From NCBI GenBank assembly GCA_038116375.1, contig JAYNUQ010000008.1:305-64304 (forward strand): 64,000 bases of DNA, written 5' to 3'. This DNA is from Candidatus Poseidoniales archaeon. GTDB taxonomy: Archaea > Thermoplasmatota > Poseidoniia > Poseidoniales > Poseidoniaceae. A model generated the notes under the pieces. That model was not told the DNA's origin and made no database searches. It saw only the letters and a list, made by a program, of their open reading frames with translations. The translations under genes and the position numbers were made by a program. Shown one piece after another: positions 45,700-55,703 of this stretch (the stretch's first letter is position 1; each line of letters opens with the position of its first letter).

Positions 45700-45723
45700 G
45701 GGCCTGCCTTGAGGTGGGCTGAT

Positions 45724-47127
45724 ATGAGACTAACCGTCCCCCGTGGCATGGCACAGCCGCCCGATGACCCGTTTGTGGTTGCGGGGAGCGGCGGTGTGGT
45801 GCTGGGCGAAGCCCGTACCAACCACGAAGGCCGACGAGCCCTGCTCCTCGTGCGAGGTGCAGAGGACACCACGGAACTTCGTTTGCTGGCAGAAACCATG
45901 GGAATCACCATCGTTGAAACCGTGCTCCAATCCGGGCAGATCGACCCGAGAACCTACCTCGGAAAAGGACGTCTTGAGGACATCGCCGATGAGCGAAACA
46001 GCACCCTCTCCGGCCACCCCTGGCAGGGAGTGGACCTTGCCATTATTCACACCAATGCAACGCCCCGTCAACTGGTCGGCGTGAGTCAAGCACTCGGCAT
46101 TGAAGTGTGGGACCGAGTGCGACTCCTTCTCGCCCTCTTCACCGCTCACGCCTCGTCGGTTGAGGCACGAACGCAGGTTCGAATTGCGCAATTACAATCC
46201 GACCGAACGATCCTCAGGGAGTTGGCTCAACAACAGACGACGGGCGAGCGAGCAGGATACGGCGGTGGCGGTGTCACGGCGTTGCAGGGAGTGCTCACAA
46301 ATTTGGGCAGAGAGTTGACAAATTTGCGTCGCCGTCAGAAAAAACACGCCAATGCCCAACGAGAACATCGCCGCCAACGAACGCGCAGCGGCGCCATGAC
46401 CGTCGGGTTTGTTGGCTACACGAATGCGGGCAAATCCTCTCTTTTTCAGCACCTATCGGGCAAATCCGTCCTCGTCGAGGACCAATTGTTCTCCACGTTG
46501 GAGACGACTGTGGGGCGTATGGAGAAGAGCCCCAGGATTCTTCTTGCAGATACCATTGGATTTATTGATAATATACCTAATGCCACACTATCAGCATTTA
46601 AATCAACTATTGCTGAGGCAATAGATGCCGATTTAACGCTCATTTTGCTGGACACGTCAGACTCCCTCTCAGAAATGGAGCGAAAACTCGAAACGACCCG
46701 CCGTGAGGTGCTTGAACGGCGAGAACAAGAACCGAACCCGCTCGAGGAGCTTCGCCCACCCCACGTAATATTGACAAAAACCGACAAGGTTTCTCCTTCA
46801 CAGCAACAGGCTGCCTCCGACCTTGTTGTTCGCCATGGATTTGCCGCTCCTGTGGCCATTTCATCGATGACGGGCGATGGCGTTGAGGTGCTTCAGCACT
46901 TCATACGAGAGCAACTCTTCGGTCAACCCATCACCGTTGAAATTCATCCTCCCACCTCCTCATCAGCCGATGCGAGCGAGCGAATTGCGTCGGAACTCTA
47001 CGACCTTGGCATGGTGGAAACCGATTCGAGGACGGAGGGCGGTGTTTTCACGCTCGTTGTGTGGATGGCGTCAGCCAGCCAGGCACAGTTTGCTGCACGT
47101 TGGAATCAACGCATTGACATCAAGTAG
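45724..47127 (+). CDS. hflX: GTPase HflX
   Basis: HflX N-domain (LLVRGAEDTTELRLLAETMGI..., IDPRTYLGKGRLEDI). G1 motif GYTNAGKSSLF, DTIGFI, TKTD. Start taken at 45724; the track's upstream extension is antisense to the Pcc1-like ORF. Confidence 0.85.
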   Translation: MRLTVPRGMAQPPDDPFVVAGSGGVVLGEARTNHEGRRALLLVRGAEDTTELRLLAETMGITIVETVLQSGQIDPRTYLGKGRLEDIADERNSTLSGHPWQGVDLAIIHTNATPRQLVGVSQALGIEVWDRVRLLLALFTAHASSVEARTQVRIAQLQSDRTILRELAQQQTTGERAGYGGGGVTALQGVLTNLGRELTNLRRRQKKHANAQREHRRQRTRSGAMTVGFVGYTNAGKSSLFQHLSGKSVLVEDQLFSTLETTVGRMEKSPRILLADTIGFIDNIPNATLSAFKSTIAEAIDADLTLILLDTSDSLSEMERKLETTRREVLERREQEPNPLEELRPPHVILTKTDKVSPSQQQAASDLVVRHGFAAPVAISSMTGDGVEVLQHFIREQLFGQPITVEIHPPTSSSADASERIASELYDLGMVETDSRTEGGVFTLVVWMASASQAQFAARWNQRIDIK

Positions 47128-47148
47128 GGCGGCGGGCTCCCACACAGC

Positions 47149-48030
47149 ATGGCGGAGGACGCTGAGGACGACAGCACGTACCTCGATGAGGTGGTGGACG
47201 AAACCCCGATGCTCTTCGCCTCTTCCGATGCGGTATTGACCGTTGAAGATCCGAATCTTCACCCCATGGGAAAAGCCACCGCAGTGTTTCTTTTGTTCAC
47301 GTGCCTGATGGGGTTTCTCAACGGCTTGGACTATGCTTCACCCAACGACGGGCTGGTTCGTCCTGACGAATTTGTCTACCGGTTGGCGCTCACGGCTCCC
47401 GACGACACGGCGACGTTCAGAGGAACGGTGGTGGATGAGAACGGGCAACCGCTTGAGAACGCCACCGTTTACCTTTCTTGGCTTGATGAGGCCACGGGTC
47501 TTTGGGTATCTGAAGAAAACGAGACGGACGCTGCTGGTGGGTTTTCTTTTGAGAAGTTGGACCCCGGTTTGATTCGAGTGGATCTCATCGTGGAGCGAGA
47601 CGACCATCGTGACGTCTTCTCAAACCGAGTTCTTCTCTCGCCCCCTGCACTGATTGAGCCCATTGGTTTCACCACCATTGATTTTGAATTCCCTTCCCCT
47701 CTTGCTTTTTCTGAGCAACCCTGTGAAGGCAACGTTTCTGAATGCGAGATTCGCACGATTGACATGACGCCCACACAGATGGACCATCCGTTGATGGATC
47801 CGAGCGCAGCCACCGGCTACGTTCTCGTCGGCTTCGGTTTCATGGGCGTTGCACTCATCGCCGCTGGGTTCTCTCTTTGGGCCCTGAAATCTGGCTCGGT
47901 GGTTTTGCTTCGGACATCTTCGGTACTGGCCTTCTTCACCATGGGCCATTACTATTCGGCGTGCATCTTTGGTCTGCTGGCGTTTGTGCTGACGTTCGCC
48001 ATTCCACGACGTCGCATTCCTTTGGTCTGA
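47149..48030 (+). CDS. Hypothetical membrane protein with carboxypeptidase-regulatory-like beta-sandwich
   Basis: FRGTVVDENGQPLENATVYLSW...TDAAGGFSFEKL (CarboxypepD_reg-like). One N-terminal and three C-terminal hydrophobic helices. Confidence 0.5.
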   Translation: MAEDAEDDSTYLDEVVDETPMLFASSDAVLTVEDPNLHPMGKATAVFLLFTCLMGFLNGLDYASPNDGLVRPDEFVYRLALTAPDDTATFRGTVVDENGQPLENATVYLSWLDEATGLWVSEENETDAAGGFSFEKLDPGLIRVDLIVERDDHRDVFSNRVLLSPPALIEPIGFTTIDFEFPSPLAFSEQPCEGNVSECEIRTIDMTPTQMDHPLMDPSAATGYVLVGFGFMGVALIAAGFSLWALKSGSVVLLRTSSVLAFFTMGHYYSACIFGLLAFVLTFAIPRRRIPLV

Positions 48031-48035
48031 AGCGT

Positions 48036-48539
48036 TCAAGACCACTGCACGGCACCGGTGTCGACGTCGTAAACGGCGCCGTGAACGGTTACGCCGTCCT
48101 TCAACATTGGATGAGCCTGAAGTGCGCTCACGTCCTCTGCCAGTTTGGCATGAGCGTCTGCAATCATCCTCGGTTCAAATGAGGAAAAATCCTTCCCGCT
48201 CAATTCGGTAAGTGTCGCTTGAACATCGCTCACGGAAAGGCTTGCCATGGCACATCGCGTGTGGGGCATGATGACAATGCATTCGCAATCAAGCAAATAG
48301 CTCGCCAAGACGATGTCCTTGGTGACTTCGGGATTGAGCTGTCCACCAGCGTTTCTCACCACTTTCATATCGCCTTCTTTGAGCCCAAAAACGGCATGGG
48401 GGACGATACGGGAGTCCATGCAGGTGAGCAGCAACAAACGCTGTCCAGCCTTTCCGGGAACGCCCTCGGCGTCAAACGAAGCGACGTACTTGGCGTTTGC
48501 AGCACGGAGTTCTTCAATCAGCGCAGGGGCTTCAGCCAT
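48036..48539 (-). CDS. Beta-class carbonic anhydrase
   Basis: Zinc ligands in CMDSR and HTRCAM. 167 aa. Confidence 0.8.
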   Translation of the reverse strand: MAEAPALIEELRAANAKYVASFDAEGVPGKAGQRLLLLTCMDSRIVPHAVFGLKEGDMKVVRNAGGQLNPEVTKDIVLASYLLDCECIVIMPHTRCAMASLSVSDVQATLTELSGKDFSSFEPRMIADAHAKLAEDVSALQAHPMLKDGVTVHGAVYDVDTGAVQWS

Positions 48540-48657
48540 ACTCCAAAGGCTCCAAAGGTAGCATTTTGTTCTTGCTTGGGATTTGGGTCGGCGAAATCCA
48601 ATGCAACACCATGCAACGAGGCGACCCCCTTATGGTGGTGAACAGCGCCCTCGTTTC

Positions 48658-49734
48658 ATGGACCTCAGCACCGCTACGTGGATGGTCCGTCACCTGGACC
48701 AACCTGTTTCCATGGTCCACATCACCCCACAACGAGGTGTGTTTGCTGGAGGATGGGACGGTCAGTTGGTGCACTGGGACGACCAAGGCGAACAGCGTTG
48801 GCGTGCGCAAACCAACGATCGCATCAGTTCCATCGCCTTGAGCGACGATGCAGTGGTGGTCGCCAGTGGGCTGCATGTGGTCGCTCTCGACCGTACCAGC
48901 GGGGAGGAGATGTGGTCGGCTGCTCTCGAGGGGAGTGCGGACGAACTCGTTTGGTGGCAAGGCGACCTCGTGGCCGTCTCGTCGGTTTACGATATCGAAC
49001 ACAACGACTTCATCGAATCGGCCGTGTGGCGGTTCTCACCCGATGGTGAACTGCTTTGGGTTGAACGCATGGACGAGCGACCCTGGACCCTTGTTGAGGT
49101 TGAGGGCAACCTTCTTGCCGGCCTTGGGCGCCCCCGATGCGGCTACATCGATGTTTCACAGAAGCCTCCGTTTGACCACACCAAACCTCCGACGTCTTCA
49201 CCGACCACCTGCGGTATCTCAGGTCGCACCCAAGCCTTGTTTGGACAAACAGACGGCACCGTGGTCAATCAGCAAGGCGACGTTCTCTCCACTGAACAAG
49301 GGGCGGTAGAACACCTCACGTGCATGGTCAAGGGCTACGTTGCAACCACCGACGCCGGCCATGCTGTGGGCCGAACGGACTCGGGCGAGCAATGCTGGTC
49401 GTCCGACGGCCATCCGGTGTCCGCCCAAATCGAAGCCATGGAACATGACGGCGCATCCCTGCTCTGGCTTGCTCGGGGTGAGGGTTTGTCGAGTACGGTT
49501 GACGTGTGGGCCACCAATCGAGGTGGAAAGGTCGCCTTTGGGACGTTTTCCAAGGTACGAACCATGCACGGGACCGAAGAACGAGCGGCCATCGGATGCG
49601 AAGATGGAAGCGTGATGGTGTGGGACCGCGAGATGCTCCATCGACGCCTCAACGACGACAAACCGCTCGCCGCAGAACCCGCAGACGACCGAACCTCGGC
49701 CCTTCAGGCCAAATTACGGGCACTTCGTCGCTGA
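48658..49734 (+). CDS. PQQ/WD40-like beta-propeller repeat protein
   Basis: Repeated ...GGWDGQLVHWDDQGEQRW... and ...VVALDRTSGEEMWS... blades. Start taken at MDLSTA (48658). Confidence 0.55.
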   Translation: MDLSTATWMVRHLDQPVSMVHITPQRGVFAGGWDGQLVHWDDQGEQRWRAQTNDRISSIALSDDAVVVASGLHVVALDRTSGEEMWSAALEGSADELVWWQGDLVAVSSVYDIEHNDFIESAVWRFSPDGELLWVERMDERPWTLVEVEGNLLAGLGRPRCGYIDVSQKPPFDHTKPPTSSPTTCGISGRTQALFGQTDGTVVNQQGDVLSTEQGAVEHLTCMVKGYVATTDAGHAVGRTDSGEQCWSSDGHPVSAQIEAMEHDGASLLWLARGEGLSSTVDVWATNRGGKVAFGTFSKVRTMHGTEERAAIGCEDGSVMVWDREMLHRRLNDDKPLAAEPADDRTSALQAKLRALRR

Positions 49735-49735
49735 A

Positions 49736-51337
49736 TCATCCCTGTTTTGGGCCAGTCATCTGCTCGGGGCGCACCCACGCATCGAACTCCTCGTTGGTCA
49801 GATAGCCGAGTTCAAGAGCCGATGCGCGCAACGTCGTTCCTTTTTCGTGAGCGTTTTTGGCGATCTTCGCCGCCTTGTCGTAGCCAATGTGGTTGTTGAG
49901 GGCGGTGACCAACATCAGCGAATTCTCCAGATGCGACTGAATGTTCTCTTCAACGGCCACCAATCCCTCAACGCAACGGGTGCGGAAGGTCCGACAGGCG
50001 TCGGTGAGCAGGTCCACTGAATGCAGGAAATTGTGAATCATCATCGGCTTGAACACGTTCAATTCAAAGTTGCCTTGGCTCCCACCGACGGTGATCGCAG
50101 CATGGTTGCCCATGACCTGGCAGCACACCATGGTCATCGCTTCGGACTGCGTCGGATTCACCTTTCCGGGCATGATGGAGGAGCCCGGTTCGTTGGCGGG
50201 CAGGGCCAATTCACCCAGTCCGCAACGCGGACCCGAGCCGAGCCAGCGGACGTCGTTGGCGATTTTCATCAACGATACGGCAAGGGTGTTCAGCGCTCCT
50301 GAGGCGGCGACGATGGCGTCGTGTGCAGCCAGTTGGGCGAACTTGTTTTCCGCCGAGCAGAAGGTTAGGCCGGTGATGTTGGCGATTTCATCCGCCACCA
50401 TTTGAGCAAAGAGCGGGTGGGCGTTGAGACCTGTGCCGACCGCCGTTCCACCGAGCGCCAGTTCAAACAAATCGTCGAGCGCGAAATCAAGGCGTCGGAG
50501 GTCAGCGTCGAGTTGAGCAACCCATCCCGATGCTTCTTGGCCCAGGGTCAGGGGAACGGCGTCCATGAGGTGCGTTCGTCCGATTTTCACAATACCCTTC
50601 CATTCGATGGCCTTTGCCTCCAGCGCGTTTCGCAGGGCGCGAACGCTCGGTAGCAACCGATGAGTAAAGGCTTCAGCCGCCGCAATGTGCATGGCGGTTG
50701 GAAAGGTGTCGTTGGACGATTGAGCTCGGTTCACGTGGTCGTTGGGGTGAACGGGGGTTTTGGAGCCCAATTCCCCGCCAGCAATTTCGATCGCACGGTT
50801 GGCGATGACTTCGTTGGTGTTCATGTTCGACTGTGTACCGCTTCCTGTTTGCCACACGCGAAGGGGAAAGTGGTCGTTGAGATGCCCTTCCAGCACTTCC
50901 TGGGATGCAGCGATGATGAGGTCGCCCACTTCAGGGTCGAGTTGTTTGAGGGCCACGTTGGTTTTGGCAGCCGCCTGCTTGAGCACGCCGAAGGCCCGAA
51001 TCACGCCGGTTGGCATGGTGTCGTGCCCGATGTCAAAATTGAGCAGCGAACGGGCGGTTTGGCAGCCATAATATCGGTCGCTGGGCACTTCCAATTCACC
51101 CATCGTATCGGATTCCTTTCGCACGCCTCCTTCTGGAGCCGAAGCGGGAGGGGCGTTCACTGAAACAGACACATCAGGCGGCGATGGCTGGGAGAGGCCT
51201 TGCTCAATCAACTTGGCAATGGTGGCCGAGCGTCCGTTTTTCCGACCTTTACCGACCTTTCTGTCAAGTTTTTTTGCCAATGCCTCGGGGATGCTGATGC
51301 TGATGATACGCCGGTCGCCGGCACGATGTTTAGCCAT
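49736..51337 (-). CDS. fumC: Class II fumarate hydratase with an in-frame N-terminal ribbon-helix-helix (NikR/CopG-like) extension
   Basis: FumC core begins at [23 protein letters not shown], with [11 protein letters not shown] and [14 protein letters not shown]. The N-terminal 78 aa contain [40 protein letters not shown]. Confidence 0.85.
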   Translation of the reverse strand: MAKHRAGDRRIISISIPEALAKKLDRKVGKGRKNGRSATIAKLIEQGLSQPSPPDVSVSVNAPPASAPEGGVRKESDTMGELEVPSDRYYGCQTARSLLNFDIGHDTMPTGVIRAFGVLKQAAAKTNVALKQLDPEVGDLIIAASQEVLEGHLNDHFPLRVWQTGSGTQSNMNTNEVIANRAIEIAGGELGSKTPVHPNDHVNRAQSSNDTFPTAMHIAAAEAFTHRLLPSVRALRNALEAKAIEWKGIVKIGRTHLMDAVPLTLGQEASGWVAQLDADLRRLDFALDDLFELALGGTAVGTGLNAHPLFAQMVADEIANITGLTFCSAENKFAQLAAHDAIVAASGALNTLAVSLMKIANDVRWLGSGPRCGLGELALPANEPGSSIMPGKVNPTQSEAMTMVCCQVMGNHAAITVGGSQGNFELNVFKPMMIHNFLHSVDLLTDACRTFRTRCVEGLVAVEENIQSHLENSLMLVTALNNHIGYDKAAKIAKNAHEKGTTLRASALELGYLTNEEFDAWVRPEQMTGPKQG

Positions 51338-51357
51338 GCAAATATGTCGCAGACGGC

Positions 51358-51370
51358 ATTTAATAAATAT
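51358..51370 (-). promoter_or_regulatory. TATA-like box (minus-strand ATATTTATTAAAT) about 27 nt upstream of the fumC fusion ATG
   Basis: The only AT-rich block between the topoisomerase IB stop and ATG 51337. The spacing is compatible with a leaderless or near-leaderless transcript starting at that ATG. Confidence 0.4.
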
Positions 51371-51391
51371 GATGAAAGACACATCACGCTT

Positions 51392-52567
51392 TCATGCCTT
51401 CACGACGGATTTGAGAATGCGCAACGTGGTGCTTTCACCTGGCGTCATGTTGCCCATGGCGCGCATGTCTGCGAATTCAGCCCAAGCCTCGTCCAAACGC
51501 CCGTCGGTCCAAGCATCGAGGAACCACGGGTGGATGTAGGAGGAACGGCACACGGTTCGAGTATTGCCCAAATTGGCGGCCACGGTGTCAATGACGGCCA
51601 ACATGGCTTTGTTGCGGCCGGTGTCGGTCGTGGGAACTTCCCAGTCGCCTTCGGACCACAATTTGTCCATGGATTCCACCGAGGGAATGGACTTCAGCCA
51701 CTTCTTCATCTCGCCCGCCGTTCGTTTTGTGGACAAAAACGCCAACCGTTCCGCACAACGGGACGTCGCCGCCCACGTGCGGAAATTCTTCGCCGTGAAT
51801 CCCATGCCGCTTGAGGCGCGAATGTACTGATTGATGTGCTCAGCTTTGAGGTCAACCTCGTTTCCTGCTTCTGAAATGTACATGAACAAATCAGCGTCTT
51901 TGGCGCCCAAACGGTTGGTCTTCAGAATCAAATCAACCAGATGATCGTCTTCAATGGTGATGTCCCAGTCCTTTCCGGATTTTCCAGTGAACGAAAACAC
52001 CACGTCGTGTCGTCCTTCTGCATCATCGCCCTTGATGTGCTTGACGTGCATCGATTTGAGCGTGGTCAGGCCGTAGGATTCGTTGGCGCGAGCGTACTCG
52101 TCAGAACCCACACGAATGTTGTACAGGTCCATGAGGCGGACGACAAGGGCCGCTACGGTGTCGAGACTCATATCGCCAGCATCGATGTCCCTTGCTACTT
52201 GACGGCGAAGCCGTGGCAACTGCGAGGCAAAATAGACCACATCGTCGTACTTCATTTCCGTCGTGATCTCCGTCCAGTCGGGATGGTAGCGGTATTGCAA
52301 CCGACCTTTCACGTCCCGACCTGTGGCCTGAATGTGGCCCCGAGGGTTGGGACAAATCCACACGTCTTCCCATGCCGGCGGTAGACCCATGGCGTTCCAT
52401 CGGGCGACCACCTCTTCCTCCTCAACGGGTTCACCGTCCGGGGCGATGTATTCCCATTTCACTTCGCCCTCCTCGGTGGCGATGTTCCGCCGTGTGATTC
52501 CACGCAAAGAGGGGTCACTTCGGACGAGGGTTGCACGTCGCAACGCTTCATCCGCATCCACGGGCAT
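51392..52567 (-). CDS. Type IB DNA topoisomerase (poxvirus/bacterial-like short form)
   Basis: GRLQYRYHPDW, FTGKSGKDWDI, FTAKNFRTWAAT, and the active-site tyrosine context NTRTVCRSSYIHP (Tyr codon at 51536..51538). Confidence 0.8.
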   Translation of the reverse strand: MPVDADEALRRATLVRSDPSLRGITRRNIATEEGEVKWEYIAPDGEPVEEEEVVARWNAMGLPPAWEDVWICPNPRGHIQATGRDVKGRLQYRYHPDWTEITTEMKYDDVVYFASQLPRLRRQVARDIDAGDMSLDTVAALVVRLMDLYNIRVGSDEYARANESYGLTTLKSMHVKHIKGDDAEGRHDVVFSFTGKSGKDWDITIEDDHLVDLILKTNRLGAKDADLFMYISEAGNEVDLKAEHINQYIRASSGMGFTAKNFRTWAATSRCAERLAFLSTKRTAGEMKKWLKSIPSVESMDKLWSEGDWEVPTTDTGRNKAMLAVIDTVAANLGNTRTVCRSSYIHPWFLDAWTDGRLDEAWAEFADMRAMGNMTPGESTTLRILKSVVKA

Positions 52568-52608
52568 GGAATTTTGCCGTGCTCAACAGGTCATGAACTT
52601 AGGGGCGA

Positions 52609-53559
52609 TTATGATTTGAGAAAGCCAGGACCGATACCCACACTGCACGCACCGTCGGCGTAAACGCCTCGATACATCAGCATGGTTTGGAAGGGCATCA
52701 CCACCTCACCGTCGGTGTTGACGGCAATGAGCCCGCCCCGCCCACCGAGCGGAGCCACCTCGTCAAGCACGCGCTCGGCCGCTTCCTCGATTCCGATATT
52801 TCGGTGCTCCACGGCCATCGAATGGGCAGCAACGGTGCGGATGAACGCTTCACCAACGCCGGTGCATGAAACGGCTATCCTTCGGTCCGCCCATGTTCCA
52901 GCACCGATGATGGGGGTGTCGCCCACGCGACCAACGGGCTTCCCCGTCATCCCGCCGGTTGAGGTTGCAGCGGCCACACGACCGTGAACGTCCAAGGCAA
53001 CGGCCCCAACCGTACCCCACCCCTCTTCTTCACCGTCGTGGTCAAGCAGTGCATCCTCCTCATCGGTGGCACCGGGGCGCAGACGCTGCGATTTCCATTT
53101 CTGCCATTGCGCACGACGCAGGTCGGTCTCAAACCACGATGCATCCATCTGTTCGACTTCGTGTTTTTTCGCAAATGCATCGCCTGCAGGCCCAGCCAGC
53201 ATCACCGGCCAGCCTTGTTTGAGGAGCCGATGAGCCGCACGAATGGGGTGGCGTGTGGTGGAGAGTCCAATGACCGAACCTGCGGCCCGATCTTCGCCGC
53301 GCATGATGCTGGCATCCATGCCAACCCGACCGTTTTCGTCCAGCACCGAGCCACGACCGGCGTTGAACAACGGTTCGTCCTCCATCGCTTCAACCGCAAG
53401 CGTCACCGCCTCCAAAGCGTTCAATTCGCCAGCATGCAGTCGTTCGCCGAGATCGTTGAGCAACGTTTCCATGCAGGCCACGCGTTGGGGATCTGCGTCG
53501 GTCATGCCGCGCCAAGGACCGTCGCCACCTGCACCACCGTGCACAGCGAGGACGACCAC
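52609..53559 (-). CDS. Isoaspartyl peptidase / plant-type L-asparaginase (Ntn hydrolase)
   Basis: LAVHGGAG, autoprocessing site GWGTVGAVALD, and TSTGGMTGKPVGRVGDTPIIGAG. Confidence 0.85.
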   Translation of the reverse strand: MVVLAVHGGAGGDGPWRGMTDADPQRVACMETLLNDLGERLHAGELNALEAVTLAVEAMEDEPLFNAGRGSVLDENGRVGMDASIMRGEDRAAGSVIGLSTTRHPIRAAHRLLKQGWPVMLAGPAGDAFAKKHEVEQMDASWFETDLRRAQWQKWKSQRLRPGATDEEDALLDHDGEEEGWGTVGAVALDVHGRVAAATSTGGMTGKPVGRVGDTPIIGAGTWADRRIAVSCTGVGEAFIRTVAAHSMAVEHRNIGIEEAAERVLDEVAPLGGRGGLIAVNTDGEVVMPFQTMLMYRGVYADGACSVGIGPGFLKS

Positions 53560-53568
53560 GTATTCACC

Positions 53569-54051
53569 TCACTCGATGACGCTGCAGCGGATGATTTGCT
53601 GGGGCTCTGCCGGGCGGTCTCCTGGGAGTTTACGGCAGCGTTCGATGGCCTGAACGACATCCATGCCTTCGCTGACAGCGCCAAACACGGCATGGTTGCC
53701 GTTGAGCCATGGCGTGGGCACGGTCGTCAGGAAAAATTGGGAGCCACCGGTGTTGCGACCAGCGTTCGCCATCGAGAGCACGCCGGGCTTGTCGTGCTTG
53801 AGGGCGAGGGCCGACGGTTCACAGGGGATTTGCCAGCCTGGCCCTCCGGTACCAGCTCGGCGAGACATCGGGTCCTTGGAATGAGGGCAGCCGCCTTGAA
53901 TCATGAAGTCTTCAATGACGCGGTGAAAGTGGAGACCGTCGTAGTGGCCCATGTTGACGAGTTTGACGAAATTGGCGACGGTGTCGGGAGCACTGCCGTG
54001 GAAGAGGTCGATGGTGATGTTGCCTGCGCTGGTTTCCATGAGAACTTGCAT
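53569..54051 (-). CDS. Peptidyl-prolyl cis-trans isomerase, cyclophilin type
   Basis: TVANFVKLV...[18 protein letters not shown]...[16 protein letters not shown]. Start taken at MQVLMETS (54051). Confidence 0.9.
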   Translation of the reverse strand: MQVLMETSAGNITIDLFHGSAPDTVANFVKLVNMGHYDGLHFHRVIEDFMIQGGCPHSKDPMSRRAGTGGPGWQIPCEPSALALKHDKPGVLSMANAGRNTGGSQFFLTTVPTPWLNGNHAVFGAVSEGMDVVQAIERCRKLPGDRPAEPQQIIRCSVIE

Positions 54052-54138
54052 GACCACACCACAGAGCGGCACTTGAAGAGGATTTGCATGCCTTGATGCG
54101 AAGCACATGTTCATAATGGGCGTTGAAAACGAACACTC

Positions 54139-54591
54139 ATGACGCACCTGCTTGACGAGCCGTTTCCCATGATGGACGGAGAAACAACCACACTGCGGGA
54201 CCTCGGTGGTGAGCGCTGGCTGGTGGTGAACGTCGCCAGCGCCTGTGGTGCCACCCCTCAATACGCAGGTTTGCAAGAACTTCACGAGATGCACGATGAC
54301 CTAACCGTCGTCGGGTTCCCTTGCAACCAATTTGGGGCGCAGGAGCCCGGAACGCATGAGGAAATTTGCGACTTTACCTCCTCCAAATACAACGTCTCTT
54401 TTCCGCTGACAGCGAAGGTCGATGTGAACGGGCCCAACCGGCTTCCCCTGTTTGACCGCCTCTGTCAGACCGCTGCGGATGGCGGTGAGCCCGGTGATGT
54501 GCGATGGAACTTCGAGAAGTTCCTTATTGACAGCGATGGAACCGTGCAACGCTTTTCCACCCGTGCACAGCCTGATGCTTTGGGTCTGTGA
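54139..54591 (+). CDS. Glutathione peroxidase-family thiol peroxidase (Cys type)
   Basis: [14 protein letters not shown] (peroxidatic Cys, codon TGT at 54244..54246), [21 protein letters not shown]. Confidence 0.85.
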   Translation: MTHLLDEPFPMMDGETTTLRDLGGERWLVVNVASACGATPQYAGLQELHEMHDDLTVVGFPCNQFGAQEPGTHEEICDFTSSKYNVSFPLTAKVDVNGPNRLPLFDRLCQTAADGGEPGDVRWNFEKFLIDSDGTVQRFSTRAQPDALGL

Positions 54592-55530
54592 TCACGGTTT
54601 TTTGTAGCGCCGTTCCTTCAAATCGTTTTGATATCGTTTGCCAAACGAGGACCCGTGTTCTGCAATCCACGTTGAGAACAAGCGTGTACCGTTGGGAGGC
54701 GCATCCGACGCCATCAGCCCTTGACGCAGCCCCTTGATCTCCGCCCGAGTGATGACATCGTCCTGCAAGAACACCCCCAACAATCGCCCGAAAAGCCAGG
54801 CGCCGAGGGGAGGCATGGGCAGAATCAATCGTTTGAGCCCCATTGATTTGGCCATCATGCCGATGTATTCCTTGTAACGAAAGGTCTCGGGGCCGGTCAC
54901 GTCCACGACCGTGTTCTCCATCAATCGCCCTTGTTGGATGGCAACTTCGGCGACATCCTCCACGTGCACGGGTTGAATCGGATAGTTTCCAAAGCCGAAC
55001 ACGCCGAACACGGGAAACCGCCTCAACATCCACGCAATGTTGTTGATGAGCACGTTCCGTTGCCCACCAAACAACACCGTAGGCCGCAATATCGAGTAGG
55101 ATAACCCAGAGGCCTTCAGCAAATTTTCAACCTGCACTTTCCCTTCAAAATACGTCCAATTTGGAGCCTTGGTTGGATTGGCGACTGAAAATTGAACGAT
55201 GCGTTTCACCCCCGCCCTCTTGGCTGCCTCAAACAGTCGCAGCGTGTTTTCAACGGCCGTGTTGTGAGCAAATTGCTGCTGGCGCTTATTGTAGCGAACC
55301 CAGTAGGTGTTGTAGAGAACTTCTGCTCCTCTCAGCGACTCCACCAGACGGTCCATATCGTTGAAATCCAACGCATGGACCTCCACGCGTCCGTCAAACG
55401 GATCGTCGCGTCCCACAGCGTTGGTCAAGGTGCGCACGCGGACGTTCTCGCTGAGCAGATGATGGGCGATCCACCGTCCAGAGTACCCGAAGGCCCCTGT
55501 GACGACGTGGAGAGGTCGGTCCATGGTCAT
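54592..55530 (-). CDS. NAD(P)-binding SDR-family epimerase/dehydratase-like protein (NmrA/NDUFA9-like)
   Basis: VVTGAFGYSGRWIAHHLL (Rossmann fold). About 310 aa. Confidence 0.6.
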   Translation of the reverse strand: MTMDRPLHVVTGAFGYSGRWIAHHLLSENVRVRTLTNAVGRDDPFDGRVEVHALDFNDMDRLVESLRGAEVLYNTYWVRYNKRQQQFAHNTAVENTLRLFEAAKRAGVKRIVQFSVANPTKAPNWTYFEGKVQVENLLKASGLSYSILRPTVLFGGQRNVLINNIAWMLRRFPVFGVFGFGNYPIQPVHVEDVAEVAIQQGRLMENTVVDVTGPETFRYKEYIGMMAKSMGLKRLILPMPPLGAWLFGRLLGVFLQDDVITRAEIKGLRQGLMASDAPPNGTRLFSTWIAEHGSSFGKRYQNDLKERRYKKP

Positions 55531-55703
55531 CCATCGTCCCAGAGCCCATCAAACCCGAGGACGCGCCGAGATGACGACGGAAACGAACAGCGTTTGGCGC
55601 CCAGTTCTCACCCTCGGTCTTCATAGCCAATGGGTTGGAGGCCAAACCGGAACGGTTGGTCCGAAGGCATTGGTCCCGGGGTGTTCGTCCTTGAGGAAAC
55701 GGC

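Noticed and set aside
45445-45723. Track-predicted N-terminal extensions, for example on hflX. The same pattern occurs for nadC 43139..43336, cyclophilin 54052..54294, the DCC protein 45468..45659, RNase H 30404..30487, TerB 34851..34955 and the adhesin 7572..7607.
   Set aside because: The extensions overlap neighbouring genes or promoter elements and lack homology to the family N-termini. Internal ATG or GTG codons that align with family starts, often with SD-like motifs, were preferred.
54080-54103. TTGCAT-N6-ATGCGAA in the cyclophilin/GPx divergent spacer, resembling the tfb palindrome half-site
   Set aside because: It is imperfect, with one arm lacking a base and different spacing. A 7-mer such as ATGCGAA is expected several times by chance in 64 kb on two strands.
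54139-54591. Possible selenocysteine (in-frame TGA) in the glutathione peroxidase
   Set aside because: The peroxidatic position in VASACGAT is encoded by TGT (54244..54246), an ordinary cysteine, and the ORF has no internal stop.
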